A DNA stretch of 64,000 bases, from positions 128,001-192,000 of the forward strand of contig CAWFDF010000009.1 in NCBI GenBank assembly GCA_963814585.1, written 5' to 3'. Of this stretch, positions 55,293-64,000 are shown piece after piece (the first letter of the stretch is position 1; every line of letters begins with the position of its first letter). The notes below the pieces were generated by a model. That model was not told the DNA's origin. It was given only the letters and a program-made list of their open reading frames with translations, and ran no database searches. A program made the position numbers and the translations under genes. The stretch is from an uncultured delta proteobacterium. Lineage in GTDB: Bacteria > Myxococcota > Myxococcia > Myxococcales > Anaeromyxobacteraceae.

Positions 55293-58200
55293 ATGCCCGG
55301 CCGCGACGACGGGACCGGCAGCAACTCGCCGGTCAGCCGCATCATCGAGTTCTGCGCCCGCAACCGGCTGCTGGTGCTGTTCGGGGTGGCGGTGGCCTGC
55401 GCCGGGTCGATCTGGTCGATCCGCCACGTCAAGCTGGACGCCATCCCCGACCTCTCCGACCCGCAGGTGATCGTCTTCACCGAGTGGATGGGCCGCTCGC
55501 CCACGCTGGTGGAGGACCAGGTCACCTACCCCATCGTCTCGGCGCTGGTCTCGGCGCCGCGGGTGGCCGACGTGCGCGGCTACTCGATGTTCGGGATGAG
55601 CTTCGTCTACGTCATCTTCGAGGAGGGGACCGACGTCTACTGGGCGCGCAGCCGCGTGCTCGAGTACCTCTCCTCGCTGCAGGCCCGGCTGCCGCCGGGG
55701 CGTGGCGCCGGCGCTCGGCCCCGACGCCACCGGGGTGGGCTGGGTGTTCCAGTACACGCTGGTGGACCGGAGCGGGCAGCACGACCTCGACGAGCTGCGC
55801 ACCTTCCAGGACTTCACGCTGCGCTACGCGCTGGGGAGCGTGCCGGGGGTGGCCGAGGTGGCCAGCGTGGGCGGCTACCAGAAGCAGTACCAGGTGACGG
55901 TCGACCCGGTCCGGCTGCGGGCCTACGGCGTCACGCTCGACGAGGTGGTCTCGCGCATCCGCGACTCCAACGACGACGTGGGCGGCCGGGTGGTGGAGAT
56001 GTCGGAGCGCGAGTACTACGTGCGCGGCCGCGGCTACGTGCAGCGGCTCTCCGACCTGGAGAAGGTGGCCATCCGCGCCAGCGGCCCCAACGGCGTGCCG
56101 GTGCTGCTGCGCGACGTTGGCCAGGTGCGCTTCGGCCCGGACATCCGGCGCGGCCTGCTGGAGTGGAACGGCGACGGCGAGGCGGTGGGCGGCATCGTGG
56201 TGATGCGCTACGGCGAGAACGCCCTCGACGTCATCGACCGGGTCAAGGCCCGGATCGAGGAGCTCCGGCCCGGCCTGCCGCCGGGGGTCACCGTGGAGGT
56301 GGCCTACGACCGCTCCGGGCTGATCCACCGCTCCATCGGCACGCTGGGGAAGGCGCTGCTCGAGGAGGGGATCGTGGTGGCGCTGGTGATCATCCTCTTC
56401 CTGCTCCACCTGCGCTCGGCGCTGCTGCCCATCCTCTCGATCCCGGTGGCGGTGGCGGTCAGCTTCATCCCCATGTACCTGCTGGACATCCCGGCCACCA
56501 TCATGAGCCTGGGCGGGCATCGCCATCGCCATCGGCGCCACGGTGGACGCCGAGATCGTGATGATCGAGGCCAGCCACAAGAAGCTGGAGCACGCCCCGC
56601 CCGGCGCCGACCGCCACCGGCTGCTGGCCGAGGCGGCCCGCGAGGTGACGCCGGCGCTGTTCTTCTCGCTGCTCATCATCGCGGTGGCCTTCCTGCCGGT
56701 GTTCACGCTGACCGGGCAGGCCGGGCGGCTCTTCACGCCGCTGGCCTGGACCAAGACCTTCGTGATGCTGTCGGCGGCGGTCCTCTCCATCACCTTCGCC
56801 CCGGCGCTGCGCGACCTGCTGATCCGCGGGAAGATCCGGCCGGAGGCGGAGCACCCGGTCTCGCGCTTCATCATCCGGCTCTACAAGCCCTTCGTCTTCG
56901 TGGCGCTGCGCCGCCCCAAGTCCACCGTGGCCATGGGGCTGCTGGCGGTGCTCTCGGCGGTCCCGCTGGCCTGGAAGCTGGGCTCGCGAGTTCATGCCGC
57001 CGCTCAACGAGGGCGACATGCTCTACATGCCGACCACCTTCCCCGGGCATCTCGATCGAGGAGGCCAAGCGGCAGCTGCAGCGCAGGACCGGGTGTTCCG
57101 CAGCATCCCCGAGGTGGAGACGGTGTTCGGCAAGGTGGGGCGCGCCGAGACCGCCACCGACCCGGCGCCGCTCACCATGGTGGAGACCACGGTGCGGCTG
57201 AAGCCGAAGGAGCAGTGGCGCAAGGGCCTGACCTGGGAGGCGCTGGTCGAGGAGATGAACGCCAAGATGCAGTTCCCGGGCTGGACCAACGCCTACACCA
57301 TGCCCATCAAGGCGCGGGTGGACATGCTCTCCACCGGCGTGCGCACGCCGGTGGGCGTCAAGGTGATGGGCACCAGCCTGGCCGAGATCGAGAAGATCGG
57401 CGTCGAGCTGGAGCACCTGCTGCGCCCCATCGCCGGGACCCGCAGCGTCTTCTACGAGCGCAACACCGGCGGCCTCTACCTCGACATCATCCCCGACCGC
57501 GACGCCATGGCCCGCTACGGGCTGACGGTGGGCGACCTCAACCGGGTGGTGGAGGCGGCCATCGGCGGCGCGCCGGTGGGCATCACCGTGGACGGCCGCA
57601 ACCGCTTCTCCATCAACGTCCGCTACCCGCAGGACCTGCGCAGCGACGTGGAGAAGCTGCGCCGGCTGCTGGTCCCGGTGGGCGGCGGCGGGGCGCGCGG
57701 CGGCGGCATGGGCGGCAAGACCGGCGCGCTCGGGCCGGAGCGCTTCCCCGAGGTGCTGCTGGCGCAGGGCATGGGGATGGGCGGCGTGCCGGCGGGCGAC
57801 GGGAATCGGCCACCGGGCGACCCCGGCGGCACCGCCACCGACGCGCCCGGCCTGGGGCTGGTGGGCCCGGCGACCGGCCCGGCCAGCGCCGCCTTCGTGC
57901 CGCTCGGCCAGGTGGCCGAGGTGCGCATCGCCAGCGGACCGCCCATGATCCGCGACGACGGCGGCCTGCTGGTGGGCTTCGTCTACGTGGACATCGACAC
58001 CGCGCAGCGCGACGTGGGCGGCTACGTCAACGAGGCCAAGGAGGTGGTGCGGCGGGCCCAGGAGAGCCGGCAGCTCACCATGCCGACCGGCTACCTGCTC
58101 AAGTGGACCGGCCAGTACGAGCTGATGGAGGAGATGGCGGAGCGGATGCGCATCGTCGTCCCGCTGACGCTGCTGCTGATCGTGCTGCTGCTCTACCTGA

Positions 58201-58916
58201 ACTTCCGCAACTTCACCGAGGTGCTGATCGTCCTGCTCTCGATCCCGTTCGCGCTGACCGGCAGCGTCTGGCTGATGTGGGCGCTCGACTACCACCTCTC
58301 GACGGCGGTCTGGATCGGCATCATCGCGCTGGTGGGGCTGGCGGCCCAGACCGGCGTCGTGATGATCGTGTACATCGACAACGCCTACGAGCGGCGGCGC
58401 GCCGCCGGCAAGATCCGCGACCTCTCCGACATCATCTGGGCGCACATGGAGGGGACGGTGCAGCGGGTGCGGCCCAAGCTGATGACGGTGGCCACCATGC
58501 TGGCCGGCCTGATCCCGCTGCTGTGGGCCACCGGCTCGGGCGCCGACGTGATGAAGCGGATCGCCGCCCCCATGGTGGGCGGCCTGCTCACCAGCGCCTT
58601 CCTGACGCTGGAGATCATCCCGGTCATCTACACCTACTGGCGGCAGGAGCAGGTGCTGTTCGAGCGGCTGGCCGAGCTGGACGCGCCGCTGCTGCGGCGG
58701 CTGAGGCGCCTCTCGGTGGTGCAGAAGGCGGCCTGGGCGGCGCTGGCCTTCACGGGCGCGACGGCGTTCTACGTCACCGCGCCGGCGTGGACGTTCTGGC
58801 TGGCGGCCGCGGCGGCGCTGGCGGTGGCGCTGGGCGGCGCGGCGGCCTACCTGCGGGCGCGGCCGGCGGCGAAGCGGCTGGTGTGGCCGGGCGCGGTGAG
58901 GGTGGCGGCGCGCTGA
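55293..58916 (+). CDS. cusA: CusA/CzcA heavy-metal efflux RND transporter, interrupted by indels (about 55700, 56516, 56987, 57046/57081)
   Basis: LDAIPDLSDPQVI, VEDQVTYP, LGPDATGVGWV, IMSLGG, EFMPPLNEGD, RVRPKLMT, MKRIAAPMVGG. Confidence 0.9.
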
Positions 58917-58988
58917 GCGGCCCGCGGAGCGGCCGGCCAGGCGGAAGGGAGCACGGGCCGCCGGGCCGGGTCCGGGCCTGGTCCTGAC

Positions 58989-60762
58989 CTACCCCCGCAG
59001 CACCTGGCGCTCCACCAGCCGGGCGTAGGCGCCGCCGCGGCCCACCAGCACGGCGTGGCGGCCGGCCTCGACCACCCGGCCGCCGTCGATCACCACCACC
59101 CGGTCGGCGCCGACCACGGTGGAGAGCCGGTGGGCGATGACGATGGAGGTGCGGCCGCGCATGAGCCGGGAGAGGGCCTCCTGCACCAGCGCCTCCGACT
59201 CGGCGTCGAGGGCGCTGGTGGCCTCGTCGAGCAGGAGCAGGCGCGGATCCTTGAGGATGGCGCGGGCGATGGCGACCCGCTGCTTCTGGCCGCCGGAGAG
59301 CTGCTGGCCGCGCTCGCCCACCTTGGTGGCGAGGCCGTCGGGGAAGCCGAGCACGAACTGCAGGGCGTTGGCGTTGGCCAGGGCGTCGCGCACCTCGGCG
59401 TCGGCTGGCGCCGGGGCGGCCGTAGCGGACGTTGTCGGCGATGGTGGTGGAGAAGAGGACCGGCTCCTGCGAGACCACGCCCACCTGGGAGCGGAGCCAG
59501 GAGGGGTCGAGGTCGCGCAGATCGACGCCGTCGAGGGTGAGCCGGCCGGCGGAGGGGTCGTAGAGCCGGACCAGCAGCGAGCCGAGGGTGGACTTGCCGG
59601 CGCCGGAGGGGCCGACCAGCGCCACCACCTCGCCGGGCTCGACGGCGAGGTCGACGCCGTGCAGCACCTGCAGGTCGGGGCGGGCCGGGTAGCTGAAGCG
59701 GACGCCCTCGTAGGCGAGCCGGCCGGCGACGCGCTCGAGGCGGCGGCCGCCGCGCAGCGACATGGCGGGGGCGCGGTCGATGAGCTCGAAGACGCGCTCG
59801 GCGGCGCCGAGGCCGCGCATGGCCTCGGCCCAGAGGTCGGCCAGGGTGCCGAGCCCCATGGCGATGAGCAGGGTGTAGACGAGGAAGGCGGTGAGGGCGC
59901 CGGCGGTCATGTCGCCGGCGGCCACCAGCGAGCCGCCGTAGCCGAGCACCACGGCGATGGCGCCGTAGATGCCGGCGTAGGCCGCGCCCATGAAGACGGC
60001 GCCGGCGCCGGCGCGGGTGCGGGCCAGGCCGAAGGCCTTCTGCACGGCGGCGCCGTAGCGGGCGTCCTCGGCGTCCTCGGCGGCGAAGGCGCGGACGGTG
60101 CGGATGGCGGAGAGCGACTCCTCGGCGACGTGGCCGGCGTCGGCGAGGGCGTCCTGCGAGAGGCGCGACAGGCCGCGGATCTTGCGGCCGTAGAAGACGG
60201 CGCCGAAGGCGACGGCGGGGATCACCGAGAGCATCACGGCGGTGAGCCGGGGCGAGGTGTAGACGAGCAGCGCCAGGGCGCCGACCACCTGCACGGCGTT
60301 GCGCAGCGTCATGGAGAGCTGCGAGGAGAGCAGGCCCTGCAGCGACGCGGTGTCGGAGGCGAGGCGCGACTGCAGGTCGCCGGTGCGCTGGCCGTCGAAG
60401 AAGGCGATCTCCTGGGAGACCAGCGAGTGGAAGAGCTGCTCGCGGACGCGCTTGACGCCGCGCTCGCCGGCCAGGGCGAAGAGCCAGGCGCGGCCGGCCA
60501 CGGCCAGCCCCTGCAGGACGGCCAGGGCGCCCATGAGCAGGGCGGCGTTGCGCACGGTGATGACGTCGCGGCCGGCGGTGGCGCCGTCGACGATGATGCG
60601 GATGCCCTGCGGATAGGCGAGCGCGGCCAGCGAGCCGAGCAGGAGCAGGGCGGTGGCGCCGAGCAGCACCGGCCACTCCTCGCGGAAGAGCGGCCAGATG
60701 CGGCGCAGCGAGGCGCGGGGCTCGACGGCGGGGGCGCGGGAGGGGGCGTCGGGGGAGGACAC
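58989..60762 (-). CDS. ABC exporter, fused permease/ATPase (MsbA/ABCB-like), apparent +1 frameshift near 59403
   Basis: TM domain; [26 protein letters not shown]. Confidence 0.9.
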
Positions 60763-60773
60763 GGGCCTCCTTC

Positions 60774-60959
60774 CTAACGCGGGACGGGGCGGGGCGCTCC
60801 GGGCCGTTCGCGAAGCCGCCGCGCCTCCTCGGCCCGCAGGGCGAAGGTCCGCGCCTGCCACAGCCAGTCCAGCCGCTGCCGGGGCGTGAGGCGCAGCCAG
60901 GCGCGGCGCTGGTCTCGCTCGTGCTCCAGCCAGGCCGCCTCGGCCGAGGGGTCAGCCAT
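60774..60959 (-). CDS. small hypothetical protein (LTPRQRL motif), partner of nucleotidyltransferase
   Basis: Overlaps the NTase stop by 8 bp; GGGAG RBS. Confidence 0.6.
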   Translation of the reverse strand: MADPSAEAAWLEHERDQRRAWLRLTPRQRLDWLWQARTFALRAEEARRLRERPGAPRPVPR

Positions 60960-61458
60960 GCTGCGGCTCCCTGGCGATCGCCTCGAGCACCCGGATGTCC
61001 TCCAGGTCCTTCGGCCGGCCCGCCACGCGCTTGAGCGCGACCAGGTCCTCGATGCTCGCCACCGGAACCCTCACCCCGCCGAGGTCGGCGAAGGTGGCGC
61101 GGGCCCAGGCGTCGCCGAACGGGAACGGCTCCCGCACGAACAGGTCGATCTCGGTGGCGGGGTGCTGCGGGCTCCAGAGCGTGAAGACGGTGAGCCCCTT
61201 CTCGTCGATCCAGCGCTGCCGCTCCGCGGGGTCCGCGAAGAGGGCGCCCTCGACCGGCGCCCGCGGCCGGTAGCCGAGCCCGGCCAGGGCGTCGATGGCC
61301 TTGCGGGCGTTCCCGGGATCGAGCGCCACCACGAGGTCGAGGTCGGCGGTGAAGCGCGGGTGACCGTGCAACACCACCGCCACCCCGCCCACCACCAGGT
61401 AGCGGACGCTGCCGCCCTGCAGCACGCCGAAGATGAGGTCGAAGTCGCCCGCGCTCAC
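60952..61458 (-). CDS. nucleotidyltransferase (DUF6036/AbiEii-like)
   Basis: VVGGVAV..HG.PRFTADLDL; DLVALK..AGRPKDLED. Confidence 0.82.
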   Translation of the reverse strand: MSAGDFDLIFGVLQGGSVRYLVVGGVAVVLHGHPRFTADLDLVVALDPGNARKAIDALAGLGYRPRAPVEGALFADPAERQRWIDEKGLTVFTLWSPQHPATEIDLFVREPFPFGDAWARATFADLGGVRVPVASIEDLVALKRVAGRPKDLEDIRVLEAIAREPQHG

Positions 61459-61517
61459 GGCGGCAGCGTAGCAGAGGGACCAGGACCGGGCGATCCTCGG
61501 GCCCCTCCTCGGCCCCC

Positions 61518-61961
61518 TCACCCCCACCAGGCGCGCTGGTAGTCGTCGAGGCCCCGGTCGATGAGGGCGAGGGCCTGCTCGAAGGCGCGCCGGCCGTGGC
61601 GGTAGGGATCGGGGACGTCGAAGCCGCCGTAGGCGCCGAGCCGGTGGACGCGCCCGCGGGCCGCCGGCGCCAGCAGCTCCAGGTGGCGCTGCTGGGCGGT
61701 CTCCATCACCAGGATGAGCCCGGCGGCGGCGAGCAGCTCCGGCGTGACCTGGCGGGACCGGTGGGCGGAGAGGTCGAGCCCGCGATCGGCCAGCAGGGCG
61801 ACCGCCAGGGGATTGGCCGGCCGGCCCGGCGGGGCGGCGAGGCCGGCGGAGGAGACGGCCAGCCCGGGGCGCAGCGCGGCCAGGCGGGCGCGGAGCAGGG
61901 TCTCGGCCATGGGGCTGCGGCAGATGTTGCCGGTGCAGAGGACGAGGACGGGGGAGGTCAT
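61518..61961 (-). CDS. low-molecular-weight protein-tyrosine phosphatase (Wzb-like)
   Basis: CTGNICRS P-loop; VPDPY. Confidence 0.92.
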   Translation of the reverse strand: MTSPVLVLCTGNICRSPMAETLLRARLAALRPGLAVSSAGLAAPPGRPANPLAVALLADRGLDLSAHRSRQVTPELLAAAGLILVMETAQQRHLELLAPAARGRVHRLGAYGGFDVPDPYRHGRRAFEQALALIDRGLDDYQRAWWG

Positions 61962-61980
61962 GGCGGGCCGGCGGGCCCGG

Positions 61981-62110
61981 GCGGTGCGGGCCGGAGCTCA
62001 CGGCCGCGGCTCCGGCGGACCCGGGCGGTGCGGGCCGGAGCCTCACGACCGCGGCTCCGGGGGACACTTGCGGTGCGGGCCGGAGCGTCACGGCCGCGGC
62101 TCCGGCGGGA
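61981..62110. repeat. 44-45-bp hairpin-containing repeat x3
   Basis: GCGGTGCGGGCCGGAGC(N)TCACG.CCGCGGCTCCGG units at 61981, 62025 and 62070. Confidence 0.88.
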
Positions 62111-62525
62111 CCAGCGCGAAGCCGAGCGCCGCCGCGTTCCGGCGCACGCGATCGTCGCAGCTGATCACCTCCAGGCCGCCCAGCTCGGCGTCGAGGACGC
62201 GCAGCGAGGCGAGGTGGATGGCGTCGAGCGAGCGGACGGGCTCGACCGGCAGCTCCTCGCGGGCCCGGCGGAGCACCTCGTCGTCCATGGCGACGACGTC
62301 GCAGGAGCGCTCGAAGGCGGCGAGCAGCCGCTGCGCCTCCCGGGCCGAGCGGGCGTCGAGGCGCCGCTCGCGCCGGGCGCGGGAGATGGCCCGCGCCGCC
62401 TCCACGAACGTGAGGGCCGAGGTGACCAGCCCCTGGCCGGAGAGCGCGGGGCGCAGGGCCTGGTCGCCGTCGAGCAGCACGCGCAGCAGGGCGCTGGTCT
62501 CGACGTAGCGGAGGCGGCTCGTCAC
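62088..62525 (-). CDS. vapC: PIN-domain toxin, VapC family
   Basis: YVETSALL, TSALTFVEA, RSLDAIHLA, SCDDR. Confidence 0.85.
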   Translation of the reverse strand: MTSRLRYVETSALLRVLLDGDQALRPALSGQGLVTSALTFVEAARAISRARRERRLDARSAREAQRLLAAFERSCDVVAMDDEVLRRAREELPVEPVRSLDAIHLASLRVLDAELGGLEVISCDDRVRRNAAALGFALVPPEPRP

Positions 62526-62818
62526 TCCTCGCGCTCCGAGGCGAGCAGCTCTGCGGAGGTGCCGTGCTCGAGCCGGACCAGCGGCGCCGCGCCCCAGTCC
62601 AGGGAGCCGGGCGCCGCGGCGGGGCGGAGGAGGCCGCGATCGACGAGGCGCCGGTAGCGGAGGTCGGCGGGAGAGGCGAGGCGGTCGCCGGCGCCGGGTG
62701 GCCGCAGCTCGGCCACGACGCGGCCGCGATCGGTGACGAGCACGACGTCGCCGCGCGCCACGTCGCGCAGGTAGCCGCTGAGGTGGGCCTTGAGGTCGCG
62801 GACGCCGGCGGTCTTCAT
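62522..62818 (-). CDS. Phd/YefM-family antitoxin
   Basis: GVRDLKAHLSGYLRDV..G.VVLVTDRG.VVAEL; GTGA coupling to vapC. Confidence 0.88.
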   Translation of the reverse strand: MKTAGVRDLKAHLSGYLRDVARGDVVLVTDRGRVVAELRPPGAGDRLASPADLRYRRLVDRGLLRPAAAPGSLDWGAAPLVRLEHGTSAELLASEREE

Positions 62819-62824
62819 GACGTC

Positions 62825-62853
62825 GATGTAGTCACGCGGGACTACATTGTCAA
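62825..62853 (-). promoter_or_regulatory. TA promoter with operator palindrome
   Basis: TTGACA-17-TACATC; ATGTAGTC-N6-GACTACAT at 62826-62847. Confidence 0.65.
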
Positions 62854-64000
62854 GGCGGGGGGAGGCTGGCGCGCCGGCCCGCGCAGCGGCCCTCCCCCGG
62901 CGGCGCGGAAGCTCCAGCGGAGGCGGTGGGGCGCGGCGCCGGCGACGCGGAGGTAGCCGGCGTGGATGCCGTGGAGGTGGTGGGCGGCGCAGAGGCTGAC
63001 CAGGTTGGCGGGCGCGTCGTCACCGCCGTGCGAGCGGAACTGGACGTGGTGGACGTGGAGCGCGGCGCGGCTGCAGCCTGGGACCTGGCACCAGCCCCGA
63101 TCGCGGTCGAGGACGCGCCGCTGCAGGGTGTTCCGCTCGGCCAGGACGGGCTTCCAGGTGGCGAGGAAGTGCTCGGCGACCGCCTCGAGCGCCTCGTCCG
63201 GGGTGATGAAGCGCCCGGCGGCCGCCCTGGCCGCCCGGAGCGCCAAGTCGAGGAGCACCATGACCCGGGAGGGGAGCCGGAAGGAGACCTGGCCCCGCGC
63301 GCACACCTGCGCCTCCTCCTCGGCCTGGGCCTCGCGGGCCAGGGCGATGCAGGGGAGGCGGGCGGCGCGCTCGAGCCAGGCGTCGAGCGTGCGCTCGGTG
63401 GCGTGGGACGCGACGATGCGGGCCTTCTCGTAGCTGATCCGCCCCTCGCGCATGGCGGTGCGCAGGCCGGGCAGCCAGTAGAGCCGGCGCTCCAGGGCGG
63501 CGCGCTGCTCGACGGCGCGGCCGGACATCCCGAGCCGCTCGGCGCAGTAGTGATCGAAGGTGACGAACTGCATGTCGCGCCAGACGCCGACCTGCAGCAG
63601 GAGCATGGCGAGGTGGCCGAGGAGGTCGTCCCAGCGGGAGCGCAGGTCGCGGAGCCGGCGCAGGTCGGCGTCGAGGCGGGCGAGATCGAGGGCAGGGGCA
63701 GGCGCCACCACGCCGGATCGCGCCAGCGCCGGATCGACCGTCACCGAAGCGACCGATCGACGAGTCGATCGCCGATGAGCGGTCCGCCGCCGGATCGCCT
63801 GCCTGCGAGGCGCACGCCGGGGAAGCCGCGGCCACCTCGCCGCCGGGCACCATCCCCGGCTCCGGGTCGTAGCAGGTGAGGAAGGACCACTGGTGGTGCT
63901 GCTGCTCCAGCCAGGCCTTGAGCTCCTCGAGCGGCTTGCCGACGGGGGCGTGGTCGAGCAGCTGGCCGGGCCGCCCGGCGGGCTCCTCGCCCGCGGCCGG
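62842..64000 (-). CDS. HNH endonuclease, DUF222/13E12-like architecture (5' end outside window; frame break at about 63745-63850)
   Basis: RDRGWCQVPGC..HVHHVQFRSHGG.D...NLVSLCAAHH; upstream frame (EELKAWLEQQHHQWSFL) is offset by 1 nt. Confidence 0.8.
   Translation of the reverse strand, partial: RPRARSPPGGPASCSTTPPSASRSRSSRPGWSSSTTSGPSSPATTRSRGWCPAARWPRLPRRAPRRQAIRRRTAHRRSTRRSVASVTVDPALARSGVVAPAPALDLARLDADLRRLRDLRSRWDDLLGHLAMLLLQVGVWRDMQFVTFDHYCAERLGMSGRAVEQRAALERRLYWLPGLRTAMREGRISYEKARIVASHATERTLDAWLERAARLPCIALAREAQAEEEAQVCARGQVSFRLPSRVMVLLDLALRAARAAAGRFITPDEALEAVAEHFLATWKPVLAERNTLQRRVLDRDRGWCQVPGCSRAALHVHHVQFRSHGGDDAPANLVSLCAAHHLHGIHAGYLRVAGAAPHRLRWSFRAAGGGPLRGPARQPPPALTM

Noticed and set aside
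55690..57090. Programmed frameshifting or phase variation in cusA
   Set aside because: Five scattered indels in short runs, with no slippery heptamer or long homopolymer

Overview
Very GC-rich (about 75%) bacterial chromosome segment. Gene content is typical of Myxococcota and Anaeromyxobacter-like, which is an inference from PilZ/REC, DUF4388-type, PEGA-type and MoxR/BatA genes. From left to right: a surface-lipoprotein locus with a compositionally anomalous segment inside a beta-propeller gene; an SF1 helicase; a phosphate transporter pair; an ECF sigma/anti-sigma/DUF3106 operon; rlmN-like, mpg and HD-GYP genes; pyk; a Y1-HUH (RAYT-like) transposase; M24 peptidase, NUDIX-MBL and hydrolase genes with tandem arrays; glnB-ntrB-ntrC-glnA with paired palindromic operators and sigma54 promoters; an MFS transporter; a nagZ plus MoxR/BatA operon; a second ECF operon; a copper locus (multicopper oxidase, cusB, cusA); an ABC exporter; two toxin-antitoxin-like pairs; LMW-PTP; and a partial HNH gene. 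I saw no rRNA, tRNA or CRISPR. About a dozen single-base indels, mostly +1, interrupt otherwise intact genes and look like long-read errors. The most interesting signal is a non-palindromic motif, AACTACTCYGGGWC usually followed by ATCG. It flanks the RAYT-like gene pointing outward, is also written into a neighbouring CDS, and recurs as a 4-copy orphan cluster 22 kb away.
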